From IMG/VR virus record IMGVR_UViG_3300025102_007089, positions 16,614-80,613 of that record: a DNA stretch of 64,000 nucleotides, one strand, 5' to 3'. Both the position numbers and the translations under genes were made by a program. The notes beneath the pieces were generated by a model, which worked only from the letters and a program-made list of their open reading frames with translations, did no database searches and had not been told where the DNA came from. This stretch comes from a virus. How positions within the stretch are numbered: position 1 is the first letter of the stretch; every line of letters starts with the position of its first letter. Below are positions 9,232-19,007 of this stretch, piece after piece.

Positions 9232-9881
9232 GCGATTTATTTATATTTTCTGCTACTAAAGGTAAAAAAGAAGACACTCTACTATATCAAACATCTGATT
9301 ATAGAGATGAAATTTTCTTTAAGGAACATAATACAGATTCTTTACAATCTCTTTATAACAAAGCTATAGAATTTTCTATAAAAGAAAATATCGAATATAT
9401 AGTACTTGCTCACGACGATGTAATTTTAGAAAACTTTTCACATGAAAGAATGCTTGAAAATTTTGAGAATTATGATGTACTTGGTGTAGCAGGAGCTGCA
9501 GAAGTTAAACTTCAAGAACCCGCTCTTTGGCACTTAATGGGAGGAGGATTAGGTAGCGATAAACTACATGGGGCAGTTGCTCATCTACACGGCAAAGAAA
9601 AATTTATGACAAGTTTTGGCTCTTACCCTCATAGAGCTATTTTACTTGATGGTGTTTTCTTAGCTATAAAGAGAGAAGTATTTAAAAAGGTAAGATTTGA
9701 TGAAAAATGCCCTTCTAAATTTCACTTTTATGATTTAGATTATACTATATCTTCTCATAAAGCGGGGTTTAGAAATGGAGTTTCCGATATATACGTTACT
9801 CATGCTTCACCTGGTTTAACTAATTTTTCCGAAGAGTTTAAAGAGGGTCAAAAATGGTTCTTGAATAAGTGGAAGAAGTAA
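9228..9881 (+). CDS. GT-A fold glycosyltransferase
   Basis: YNKAI, LAHDDV, GVAG, LDGVFLA, RFDE, FHFYDLD motifs. Confidence 0.85.
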   Translation: MSDLFIFSATKGKKEDTLLYQTSDYRDEIFFKEHNTDSLQSLYNKAIEFSIKENIEYIVLAHDDVILENFSHERMLENFENYDVLGVAGAAEVKLQEPALWHLMGGGLGSDKLHGAVAHLHGKEKFMTSFGSYPHRAILLDGVFLAIKREVFKKVRFDEKCPSKFHFYDLDYTISSHKAGFRNGVSDIYVTHASPGLTNFSEEFKEGQKWFLNKWKK

Positions 9882-9894
9882 CTATACTACAGTT

Positions 9895-11202
9895 GTGAGT
9901 AAATTAGACTTAGATTATTTCGAAAATATTCTAATCTTTAAGTCTCTTACTGATAGTGGGTATCTAGCGAGTATAGCAGATATAGTACAACCGGCTTACT
10001 TTAAAAATAAAGCTATAGCTGATGTATTTTCTATTATTAAAGACTTTAGTGAGAAGCGAAATAAATTACCTACTACGACTGAGCTAAAGTCTTATTTAGT
10101 TACAGATGATCAAAAAGATTCATTTAAAGAGTTAGTTGGCTCTTTTTCTGATATAGATAAAAATTTAGATAAAGATGAGCTTTATGATAATACTGAGCAG
10201 TTCTTAAAAGAGAAAGCAGTATATCATACTATGCTTGATGTAGCAGAAGATGTTGCGAAAGGTACTGTAGATACTTCGATAGTATTAGATAAGTTTGAAA
10301 AATCTTGTAATATTAACTTAGTAACCGATTTAGGGTTAGATGTACAACAAGATATTGATAGTATTATTAATGATATTACATCTGTACAGAGACATATTCC
10401 TAGTAACTGGGAATGGTTAGATAATAACTTAGATGGTGGCTTCTTAGAAGCGGGTAAATCCTTATATGTATTTGCTGGTGAAACTAATATTGGTAAGTCA
10501 ATATTTTTAGGTAATATAGCGAGAAATATAGCAAGTCAAGGTAAGAATGTTCTTTTAGTAACTTTAGAGATGTCAGAGTTATTATATGCTCGACGTATAT
10601 GTACTAATATATCAAAGATTCCTATTAAAGAGATGAGTACTAATACTGCTTTGTTAAAGCAGGCTGTTGAAGAAGAACCAGGTAAAATCTTTATTAAAGA
10701 GTTTCCGCCTTCTACTATTACAGCTAATCAACTTAAAGCTTTTGTAAAGAAGTTTTCCGAGAAAGGTATTAAACTTGATGCTATAGTATTAGACTATCTT
10801 AATTTAATGCATTCTTCTATAGGTAATAATTCATATGAAAGAATAAAGCATGTAACGGAGCAAGTAAGAGCTATGAGTTATCTTTTTGAATGTCCTATTA
10901 TATCAGCAACGCAACTTAATAGAGCCGGATTCGATCAAGATAATCCTGACCTTGCTACTATATCTGAATCTATTGGTCTAGCTGCTACTGCTGATGTAAT
11001 TGCTTCTATATATCAAAATGAAGAAGATAGAGAGCTAGGTATTATTCGATTAGGTATGATGAAAAATCGTTATGGTCCTCGAGGTACTACTCAAGCTATG
11101 AGAATTGATTATTCTACTCTAACTATTGAGCAAGCAGATGATATAGAGCTAGAAGATGAAAGTAGCGAGACTCTAGGGGCTTTAGCCGCTCTTGCAAATT
11201 AA
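9895..11202 (+). CDS. gp41: Replicative DnaB-like helicase (gp41)
   Basis: Walker A GETNIGKS, TLEMSE, LDYLNL, SATQLNR, SES, KNRYG. Confidence 0.95.
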   Translation: MSKLDLDYFENILIFKSLTDSGYLASIADIVQPAYFKNKAIADVFSIIKDFSEKRNKLPTTTELKSYLVTDDQKDSFKELVGSFSDIDKNLDKDELYDNTEQFLKEKAVYHTMLDVAEDVAKGTVDTSIVLDKFEKSCNINLVTDLGLDVQQDIDSIINDITSVQRHIPSNWEWLDNNLDGGFLEAGKSLYVFAGETNIGKSIFLGNIARNIASQGKNVLLVTLEMSELLYARRICTNISKIPIKEMSTNTALLKQAVEEEPGKIFIKEFPPSTITANQLKAFVKKFSEKGIKLDAIVLDYLNLMHSSIGNNSYERIKHVTEQVRAMSYLFECPIISATQLNRAGFDQDNPDLATISESIGLAATADVIASIYQNEEDRELGIIRLGMMKNRYGPRGTTQAMRIDYSTLTIEQADDIELEDESSETLGALAALAN

Positions 11203-11224
11203 CAAAAGGAACTAAATAGTTTGA

Positions 11225-12094
11225 GTGAATGTACTTATATACACTGATAGTGATCTAGATGGAGCTGGCTCTGCACTGTTGTTAAAGTGGTATTTTAAAG
11301 ATGCAAAAGACATAGTTATTGTTGAAACTGGAGAGTCTATTTTAACTTCTAATTTTAAAAGTAGAGAAGGTACGTTTGATCATTTTGATAAAATTTTTAT
11401 TTTAGATCTCTCTCTAACTAAAGATATAATTCCTTATATAGATAGAGAAAAAGTAATAGTTATAGACCATCACGCTGATCACTATGATTTAAAAGATTAT
11501 TATAAGAATGCTAAAGCTATTATCGAGCCAGGTTCTTCATGTGTAAAACTAATTAGTAAGATATTTAGTAAAAAACTTAATCTGACTGAAGATCAACAGA
11601 CTTTAATAGATCATATTGATAGCTACGATAGTTTTAATTTTAAAAGCAAAGACCCTCTTAAACTCAATGCGATTTTTAACTGTTATAACAGACCTAAGGT
11701 TGAGCAGTTTATAACTGCATTTTATGATGGGTTTAGAGAATATAGTATATATGAAAAAAATGCTATTAATTTACACTTTAAAAAATTAAAAGAACAAATA
11801 AAAAATGCTGAAATTTTTAAAGGTAAAATAAAGGAGTATGATGTGATAGCAACTTTTGCTGATTATGCTATAAATGAAGTAGCGCGTTATTTCATCAACA
11901 TACATAAAGCTGAGATTGGTATTGTTGTTAATAAAAAGGCTAAAGTAGTATCGTTTAGAAGAGCTAAAGAATCGAAAGTAGATGTAAGTATATTAGCTAA
12001 AACTTTATGTGAAGGAGGGGGATCGGTTGCAGCAGCTGGTGGCAAGCTCACAGAAAAATTCGGAGAACTAACCAAACAATTTAAACCATGCTAA
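11225..12094 (+). CDS. DHH/DHHA1 phosphoesterase
   Basis: DSDLDGAGS, ILDL, IDHH, SFR and C-terminal GGGS..AAG. Confidence 0.85.
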   Translation: MNVLIYTDSDLDGAGSALLLKWYFKDAKDIVIVETGESILTSNFKSREGTFDHFDKIFILDLSLTKDIIPYIDREKVIVIDHHADHYDLKDYYKNAKAIIEPGSSCVKLISKIFSKKLNLTEDQQTLIDHIDSYDSFNFKSKDPLKLNAIFNCYNRPKVEQFITAFYDGFREYSIYEKNAINLHFKKLKEQIKNAEIFKGKIKEYDVIATFADYAINEVARYFINIHKAEIGIVVNKKAKVVSFRRAKESKVDVSILAKTLCEGGGSVAAAGGKLTEKFGELTKQFKPC

Positions 12095-12384
12095 AACCAG
12101 GAGGCGAATTAGGGCCATTTCATACAATACAAGGCAAAGAAACAGAACATCTTTTATTATGTTTTTGCACCTTTTGCTCACTTTTAAAAGGAAAGAAGCT
12201 ATCATATCAGAATATATTCTTACTGCTATTGAAAGAAAAAAGATTAAGGGAGTTATTTAAAGATCTTTTAACAGTTGATACTAATTTTGAAATGGTTAAA
12301 ATGTTTATAGATTTTGACCCGTTAATTACTAAATCAAAATACGTAACAAAGTTCCTTAACAATAATAAAAATTTAAAATTATGA
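12088..12384 (+). CDS. Hypothetical protein
   Basis: ORF overlapping both neighbours in an operon-like arrangement. Confidence 0.65.
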   Translation: MLKPGGELGPFHTIQGKETEHLLLCFCTFCSLLKGKKLSYQNIFLLLLKEKRLRELFKDLLTVDTNFEMVKMFIDFDPLITKSKYVTKFLNNNKNLKL

Positions 12385-13034
12385 TTACAGAAAAAGAGAA
12401 GCAAATTTACAATAGTTATTTGTATGCTTCTCGATCTGTTAAAAATCAACCGGTTAAGTTAAGGCAAAATTTTGATAAAATAGATAGCAAGACTGAAGTA
12501 GCTCTTAAAAAATTATCTATATTCTTATCAAAATATAATTATATTAATTATAACGATTATTTTATATCTCCATATAAAGTGTATGGATCGGATAACTATT
12601 TCGATTTACAATTCTTTAATACCAGAAAAGCAATAAAATGCTATTCATTATATTGCAAAGAAAGGGAAGTTCAAAATCCTGATAGTGAAAATAGTATTGA
12701 AGCTCTTAAGGAGTGTTTAAGATTTGTATACAACTATTGTTGTGAACATAAGATAACTTTAAGTAAATACAAATCAAATATTGATACAGAGACTATACCT
12801 GTAGTATTCAAGCATCTTAAAAATCATAAGGTTAATTTCTATACCCTGCATGCTCTAAAGATGGATTCTATAATTAAAGAGCAAGATAAAGAGGTTATAG
12901 ACTGGCTTATAAACGATTTTACTCAACTCTATTCGAATACCCGTTTAAAGTATATCGCTTCAAAAGTGTTGAAGGATAAAGCTAGAAAGGGAATTAAATT
13001 AATAGAAGAACAGTTGAATAATAGATATCAGTAA
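12381..13034 (+). CDS. Hypothetical protein (possible gp59-like helicase loader)
   Basis: Basic/aromatic 217 aa ORF directly upstream of gp32, the position of gene 59 in T4; no motif proof. Confidence 0.4.
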   Translation: MITEKEKQIYNSYLYASRSVKNQPVKLRQNFDKIDSKTEVALKKLSIFLSKYNYINYNDYFISPYKVYGSDNYFDLQFFNTRKAIKCYSLYCKEREVQNPDSENSIEALKECLRFVYNYCCEHKITLSKYKSNIDTETIPVVFKHLKNHKVNFYTLHALKMDSIIKEQDKEVIDWLINDFTQLYSNTRLKYIASKVLKDKARKGIKLIEEQLNNRYQ

Positions 13035-13049
13035 CTAATATAAAGATAT

Positions 13050-13895
13050 ATGAGTACATTTAATTCATCGATGTTTCAATCAATAAAAGACGCTCTAGTA
13101 AGCGATACACAAAAAAGTAATACAAGTTACAATGAAATCATGTCTTGCCGACCTGGCAATACATATACGGTAAGGCTTTTGCCTTATGGTCCCGAACCGT
13201 CTAAGACGTTCTTCCATTATTATAATCACGGATGGACTTCTTTTGCGACTGGTCAGTATGTTCAAGCTCTTAGTCCTCAAACTTTCGGGGAACGAGATCC
13301 TATTGCTGAGGAACGATATAAAGTTCTAAGAACTGGAAATCAAGAAGAGAAAGAGAAGATGCAAGCTGTAAAGCGCTTAGAGAAATGGCTCGTTAATGTT
13401 TATGTTATTGACGATCCTACTAATCCAGATAATAATGGTAAAGTAAAAATGCTTAGATATGGTAAGCAGCTTCATAAGATTGTTACCGAAGCTATTGAAG
13501 GTGAGGATGCTGAAGAGTTTGGTCCTCGTATCTTTGATTTAGGTTCCGATGGAGCTAGTTTAAAGATTAAAGTAGAAGATCAAGGTGGATATCCTACTTA
13601 CGTATCTTCTAGATTTACTACTGTAGGTGCTCTTGATCTAAATGAAGACGAGCAGAAAGATATTTACGATAACGTATTTAAACTTGACGAAGTATTTACT
13701 CTTAAATCTAATGATGATTTAAAAGCTATGCTTAATGAGCATTACTATTGTAAAACTGAAGAAGATGCTGCTGAGGTAGTTAATACACAATCTGTAACTA
13801 ATGTAGTAGCTGAGCCTGCTACTGCTTCTGTTAGTACTGCTACGGAAGAGACTACTACAGAAGATGATATTGACGAACTCTTAAAAGATCTCTAA
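13050..13895 (+). CDS. gp32: Single-stranded DNA-binding protein (gp32)
   Basis: VRLLP, NVYVIDDPTNPDNNGKV...YGK, FD...GA.LKIK, YVSSRF, acidic tail. Confidence 0.92.
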   Translation: MSTFNSSMFQSIKDALVSDTQKSNTSYNEIMSCRPGNTYTVRLLPYGPEPSKTFFHYYNHGWTSFATGQYVQALSPQTFGERDPIAEERYKVLRTGNQEEKEKMQAVKRLEKWLVNVYVIDDPTNPDNNGKVKMLRYGKQLHKIVTEAIEGEDAEEFGPRIFDLGSDGASLKIKVEDQGGYPTYVSSRFTTVGALDLNEDEQKDIYDNVFKLDEVFTLKSNDDLKAMLNEHYYCKTEEDAAEVVNTQSVTNVVAEPATASVSTATEETTTEDDIDELLKDL

Positions 13896-13896
13896 A

Positions 13897-14361
13897 ATGA
13901 CTGAAGAGGAAAAAGCATTAATTATGAATTTTGTGGGACAGACTTATGGTCAATCCCACAAAAATGATCAAATGATAGTTGGTCAATCAAATAGCTTAGC
14001 TCCGCAATCTGAGGCAGTAAAACAACAGTTTGAAAATATAGCTCGAGCCCCTACACGACAGCAAATGCAGCATATGCAGCAACAACCGCCTGCTCCACCG
14101 CAAGAGCCGCAACCACAACCTGTACAAGAAGCTCCGCCTGTCTCTTATGAGCAAGCGGTAAAAGAATTACAAGAAGTAGAGCCGGCTCCTGCTGTTGTAG
14201 AGCAGGATAATAATCAGCTAGAATTTAATTTAAAAGATCCAGAAAAAATTGATATGCTTATTGATGCTATCAAGAGTAATGGGTTGCTATTAAAAGAAAT
14301 TATATTACTCTTAGAAAAGAATGGAAGAAGAAAGAAGCCTTCAGATAAAAAACCGGGATGA
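13897..14361 (+). CDS. Hypothetical Q/P-rich protein
   Basis: ORF with low-complexity central linker. Confidence 0.65.
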   Translation: MTEEEKALIMNFVGQTYGQSHKNDQMIVGQSNSLAPQSEAVKQQFENIARAPTRQQMQHMQQQPPAPPQEPQPQPVQEAPPVSYEQAVKELQEVEPAPAVVEQDNNQLEFNLKDPEKIDMLIDAIKSNGLLLKEIILLLEKNGRRKKPSDKKPG

Positions 14362-15046
14362 ATTTTTAAAGTACTTAGATTCTTTATCAAAGATTAACGA
14401 AAGTGCTATTCTAACTATTAAAAAAGATAAGATTGAGAGTCTGGTAGCAAGCCCGGATAATACTCTTATATTATATTCCGAATATAATTCTAAATCAGAT
14501 TTTGAAGATAGTATCAATATCCCGGACTTAAAAAAGTTAGCTAGAGTAATAGATACTATTCCAACTAATGATATTAAGTTTAAAGTTAACTCTAATAATT
14601 TAGAATATAAGGGTAACGGTATTAAGTTTAAATACCATTTATTTGAAGAGGGGTTTCTAACTAAACCTAATCTTAATTTAGATAAAATTAATTCCTTTGA
14701 GTTTGATATTAAATTTAATTTAGATAAAAATCTTTTAAATCAAATTTTTAAAGGTAGTACTTTTGCTTCAGAAACTAATAAGATATATTTTTATACAGAA
14801 AATGATCAATTAATGGCTGAACTTACTGATAGAGCAAGACATAATACAGATAATTTTGCTCTTACATTGCAACCAGCTAAATTTGAGTTAAAGCCTACCC
14901 CTGTTAACTTTGATAATATAAGACTTCTTACTAATGTAAGTGATAGCTTTGCTGTAAAGATTAATACTCAATTTGGTGTTGTGGTATTTGATAATTCTTT
15001 AAACAATATTAAATTAAAGTATATTATATCTTCTTTAACGCAATGA
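14321..15046 (+). CDS. gp45: Sliding clamp (gp45-like)
   Basis: LSKINES..., INIPDLKKL, 241 aa, within the replication cluster. Confidence 0.7.
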   Translation: MEEERSLQIKNRDEFLKYLDSLSKINESAILTIKKDKIESLVASPDNTLILYSEYNSKSDFEDSINIPDLKKLARVIDTIPTNDIKFKVNSNNLEYKGNGIKFKYHLFEEGFLTKPNLNLDKINSFEFDIKFNLDKNLLNQIFKGSTFASETNKIYFYTENDQLMAELTDRARHNTDNFALTLQPAKFELKPTPVNFDNIRLLTNVSDSFAVKINTQFGVVVFDNSLNNIKLKYIISSLTQ

Positions 15047-15378
15047 ACAAACAAACTAAGAACAAATTACAGACAGCTAGTTATTTTATTAAACGTCTTA
15101 AAGATTCAGGCTTCGAAACATGGAAAATTTATAATGGGTACGAGGAACATGATCCAAGAAAATGGACTGTATTAGTAGATCCAGGTGGTAAGTCAGTTTT
15201 TATTACATGTTTCGAAAATACACCATTCAAAGGCGAGTATTTATTTTCCTTTGATGATGGTAACCGTGATTTTAGACCAGGTTTTAGTTTAAAGACCTTC
15301 TCTATCGAGGTTGTAGTTAGAAAATTAATCGAAAACGGTGTCAAACAAAGAGAAGATAAAGTAGATTTACATAAATAA
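15043..15378 (+). CDS. Hypothetical protein
   Basis: ORF in ATGA overlap with the upstream gene. Confidence 0.7.
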   Translation: MNKQTKNKLQTASYFIKRLKDSGFETWKIYNGYEEHDPRKWTVLVDPGGKSVFITCFENTPFKGEYLFSFDDGNRDFRPGFSLKTFSIEVVVRKLIENGVKQREDKVDLHK

Positions 15379-15382
15379 CGTT

Positions 15383-15658
15383 ATGGATGCTGAAGACCCT
15401 AGAGATAAAGAACTAAGAGAGCTAATTGAAGAAGCTCTTAAGCTTAATGTAGGGGAAAGAAAGAAAATTAAAGGTCAGCGTGATATTGCAGATAGAGTTG
15501 TAGCTATATTACAGGAATATCTAGATAGTTTTATATTATTAGGGTATGATATGGAAGGTAACGCATTGCAACTTAAATCAGCTAGCTCATCACAACAGCA
15601 CGAAGCTTTAAACTCCATACTTATTAAGTACTTTTCTTCCGAAATAGGGAGAATGTAA
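15383..15658 (+). CDS. Hypothetical protein
   Basis: ORF 5 nt after CATAAATA. Confidence 0.7.
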   Translation: MDAEDPRDKELRELIEEALKLNVGERKKIKGQRDIADRVVAILQEYLDSFILLGYDMEGNALQLKSASSSQQHEALNSILIKYFSSEIGRM

Positions 15659-15921
15659 TGATTCGTAAAAAAATTCAAAAAAGAGACGTATACGCGTGCA
15701 AAACCGGTGATTACGCCGGACAAATGTTCATAATTATTAAAGAATCTAAGAATTCTATTGAATGTTTAAGTATTCCAGAAGTTAAAAACATTAAAATACC
15801 TATAGATTCGTTTGAAACCGGAAGGAACAGTAATATAATTGAATATGTAGAGACTATTCCTAAGTCTGTATATAAAATTAGTAAAGCGCAATACGAAAAA
15901 AATGAAAACTCTAATAATTGA
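15658..15921 (+). CDS. Hypothetical protein
   Basis: ORF in TAATG overlap. Confidence 0.65.
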   Translation: MIRKKIQKRDVYACKTGDYAGQMFIIIKESKNSIECLSIPEVKNIKIPIDSFETGRNSNIIEYVETIPKSVYKISKAQYEKNENSNN

Positions 15922-16765
15922 TGGTAATAATCTTATTCACCGTACTTTTCATACTGCTAATTTACAAAAAAAGCGATACGAAAATGCAGATGTAGCCGGT
16001 CTTCATATATATTTTAGTATAAATGCTATATATTCTTATGTAAAGCGTTTTTTACCTGAGAAAACTATCATTGTTTGGGATGAGAAGATAGATTATCAAA
16101 AGAATAAACGAAAAGAACTATCTAGTGAGTATAAAGGTAATAGATCAAGTGATAGTACCCCGCATCAAAATAATGAAGATATAAAGCTTATATGTAAAAC
16201 TCTTGGTATACCTTCTATATTCCCTAGAGAGCTGGAAGCTGATGATATAGTTGCTTATATTTGTAGAGAAACTAAGGGTAAAAAGGTAATTGTATCTGTA
16301 GATAGAGATTTTCTTCAACTAATTAATGAAGATACTATTTTATTTGATCCTATTAGAAAAAAATACTTTGAAAAAGAAAATTTCGAAGAAAATACCGGGT
16401 TTAAAGATATATATGATTGGTTTACAGCAAAATGCTTAACCGGAGATAAGTCAGATAATGTATCTGGTATACCTGGATTCGGTAAAGTCAAAGTTAAAAA
16501 GTTTCTTAGCGGAGAACTTAAACTTACTACTGAGCAGGAAGAGAAATACTTTAGTAATCGCGATTTATTTAGATTAGATCTATATGAAGACTTTATTAAT
16601 GAAAAAACTTATTATAAAAATCAATTAGATAGTACTGAACCCGGGGATTATAAGCTTTTTTTGAGTCTAGTTGAAAAATATAATATGGTTAATATTATAA
16701 AACGTAAAGATCATTGGTATGAAACGTTCTTTTTAAATACCTTTTTAGATTCTATAAATGATTAA
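15902..16765 (+). CDS. rnh: 5'-3' exonuclease / T4 RNase H (FEN-like)
   Basis: IIDGNN, YKGNR, EADD, SVDRDFLQL, GDKSDNVSGIPGFG. Confidence 0.93.
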   Translation: MKTLIIDGNNLIHRTFHTANLQKKRYENADVAGLHIYFSINAIYSYVKRFLPEKTIIVWDEKIDYQKNKRKELSSEYKGNRSSDSTPHQNNEDIKLICKTLGIPSIFPRELEADDIVAYICRETKGKKVIVSVDRDFLQLINEDTILFDPIRKKYFEKENFEENTGFKDIYDWFTAKCLTGDKSDNVSGIPGFGKVKVKKFLSGELKLTTEQEEKYFSNRDLFRLDLYEDFINEKTYYKNQLDSTEPGDYKLFLSLVEKYNMVNIIKRKDHWYETFFLNTFLDSIND

Positions 16766-17807
16766 TCTACCTAGAGAATACGTTATACAAAAGTTTTATG
16801 AATATTCATTTAGCCCATTGTATAACAAGTTTAATAATGTATATCAAGGTGGGTGTTTTATTTGTAAAGAAGGTGGGTCATTTGGTAAAAAGCGACGGTT
16901 TTACTATATACCTGAAAATGATAACCTGTTTTGTCATAACTGCGGCTGGTCTAGTAGACCGTTAAAGTGGGTTAAGAAGGTTACCGGGTGTTCCGATACT
17001 GAAATAATTGAAGAGCTTAAAAATTACTCGGTTGAAGTAAAGATTGAAGATGAGGAAGCTAAGCCAACTATTAAAGTCGAGACCTTACCTACAGATAGTA
17101 TTAATCTGTTTGATGAGCTTCAGCGCGACTTTTATAATAGCAATGATATTGTTAGATCTGTTAGACATCTTATTAAAGAACGTAGATTAGACACTGCTGT
17201 AAATAGACCTGATAGTTTATATTTGTCTTTAACTGATAGAGTACATAAAAATAGATTGGTAATACCTTTTGTTAACGAGAAAAATAGTATAGAATTCTAT
17301 CAAACGAGAACTGTACTTAATCGTGATAATAAAATAAAGCCTAAGTATCTCGGTAAGGTTGGTTCAGAAAAAACTTTATTTAATATTGATAGAGTAACTA
17401 ATGATCATGATAAAGTTTATGTATTTGAAGGCCCTATCAACGCTTTCTTTACTAAAAATTCAATAGCCGTAGCAGGTATTACTGAAAGAGGTAAGTCTTT
17501 TACTCAACGACAGCAACAACAGTTTGATAATGTCTTAAAATTCTTTGAAAGAGTATGGATATTAGACTCTCAATGGATTGATAGAGCTTCTCTGATAAAA
17601 TCCGAAGTATTGCTTAAACAAATGGAGAAAGTCTTTATATGGCCGGAAAAATTTGGTAAAAGATTTAAAGACTTCAATGATATTGTTATGGCATGTAAGC
17701 TTGACGAGATAAAATGGGACTTTATACAAAATAATACCTTCGAGGGTATCGAAGGTATTATTAAATTGACAGAGATAAAAAAATACTCTAATCTTAAACG
17801 TACTTAA
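16758..17807 (+). CDS. gp61: DNA primase (gp61-like)
   Basis: Zn finger CFIC...CHNC, RLVIPF, YQTR, PKY, TOPRIM FEGPINA, KDFND. Confidence 0.92.
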   Translation: MINLPREYVIQKFYEYSFSPLYNKFNNVYQGGCFICKEGGSFGKKRRFYYIPENDNLFCHNCGWSSRPLKWVKKVTGCSDTEIIEELKNYSVEVKIEDEEAKPTIKVETLPTDSINLFDELQRDFYNSNDIVRSVRHLIKERRLDTAVNRPDSLYLSLTDRVHKNRLVIPFVNEKNSIEFYQTRTVLNRDNKIKPKYLGKVGSEKTLFNIDRVTNDHDKVYVFEGPINAFFTKNSIAVAGITERGKSFTQRQQQQFDNVLKFFERVWILDSQWIDRASLIKSEVLLKQMEKVFIWPEKFGKRFKDFNDIVMACKLDEIKWDFIQNNTFEGIEGIIKLTEIKKYSNLKRT

Positions 17808-18225
17808 ATTGAGGATTACCTGTCTGTGCTAAATACCCCTTAAAAGATTCTGTAACACCTGCAAGTTCAGTAGCTACCCTTGAAATTTTTCTCTGTTCTG
17901 ATTGTTTCATTCTATCAAAGACAGTATCTGGCTCTGCATTAGCTAATTTCTGTTGAATTGAATCAGGCTCTTCACCATTAAGATAATCTAAGAATTCTTC
18001 CATCTTACCAATCCATCCTCTCAATTCGTCCTTCATAGCCTCATTTCTCTCAGCTACAGCTGATGCTGCTCTTACAGAAGGATCATCTTCACTTACCTCT
18101 ACATCTAGATCAACGTCAAATTCTTCAGGGTTAGTATCCTGATCTAACGAATTTTCAAAAGCTTCTTTTTCATCATCATCTTGTTCTTTTAGTACAGTAA
18201 AAAATCTCTTTTCAAATTTAGTCAT
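17794..18225 (-). CDS. Hypothetical late protein (acidic)
   Basis: ORF just after CATAAATA on the minus strand. Confidence 0.7.
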   Translation of the reverse strand: MTKFEKRFFTVLKEQDDDEKEAFENSLDQDTNPEEFDVDLDVEVSEDDPSVRAASAVAERNEAMKDELRGWIGKMEEFLDYLNGEEPDSIQQKLANAEPDTVFDRMKQSEQRKISRVATELAGVTESFKGYLAQTGNPQFKYV

Positions 18226-18229
18226 ACAT

Positions 18230-18253
18230 TTATTTATGCTCGAGCATAAATAA
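18230..18253. promoter_or_regulatory. 24-bp perfect palindrome forming divergent late promoters
   Basis: TTATTTATGCTCGAGCATAAATAA; each arm contains CATAAATA facing a gene start. Confidence 0.75.
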
Positions 18254-18258
18254 TTTAT

Positions 18259-18591
18259 GTGGCTAACAACGGATATTACCCTTATTTTACAGGAATTGCT
18301 GATAAACAGTATTCACCTAACTTAAACACTGATGCACAAGTAAACAAGTATAAGGAGGATGAAGCTAATCAAAAAGCACCGCCCATACTTCCTTATGAAT
18401 TACAGCAGATACAGCAACTCATAGGAGATACCTTTGTCTCCCTAGCGGAACTAAGGGCTATGCTTACAGCAGCGTCTGATAAAAACGGTATAGATAGCAG
18501 TGTTATTGATAGTATTAATCAGAAAATAGATAAAGTTAATGAAATATTAACACTTGAAATTCCTGAAGATCTATCTAAAATATCTATATGA
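18259..18591 (+). CDS. Hypothetical protein
   Basis: ORF with GTG start after the late promoter. Confidence 0.65.
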   Translation: MANNGYYPYFTGIADKQYSPNLNTDAQVNKYKEDEANQKAPPILPYELQQIQQLIGDTFVSLAELRAMLTAASDKNGIDSSVIDSINQKIDKVNEILTLEIPEDLSKISI

Positions 18592-18995
18592 GAATAGGTA
18601 TCTCTCTTTTAATAGTTTTAATAATATCAGCAGCATTAGGCTATGCTTTTAGAAACGTACTAGGATTTTTTGAAACTGCTATATTAGCAGCATTTTTACA
18701 ACTAATAGCTCCTTCAGTCTGGAATGCTATTTTTAAGCATAAAGAAAAAGTACTTCAATTAGAGAGTGAAATTAATTACTTGGTAGAACTTAACACAGCA
18801 GAAGTCGACTGTCCTTGCGGTAATTACAAATTTAATGAAATTGTAGTTATAACAGATAGTACAGTTGAAAGTAAATGTCCTAAATGCGGAGGAGTTTATA
18901 GATTAGTACCTTCAGTTAAAGCAATACTTACTACTGAAGTGGTAGATGTAAATAAAAAGCCTTTCGATGATATAAAAATTGGAAAGGAAATATAA
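18588..18995 (+). CDS. Membrane protein with C-terminal Zn ribbon
   Basis: Two hydrophobic N-terminal segments, then CPCG and CPKCG. Confidence 0.65.
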   Translation: MRIGISLLIVLIISAALGYAFRNVLGFFETAILAAFLQLIAPSVWNAIFKHKEKVLQLESEINYLVELNTAEVDCPCGNYKFNEIVVITDSTVESKCPKCGGVYRLVPSVKAILTTEVVDVNKKPFDDIKIGKEI

Positions 18996-19007
18996 TATAA
19001 TATATAT

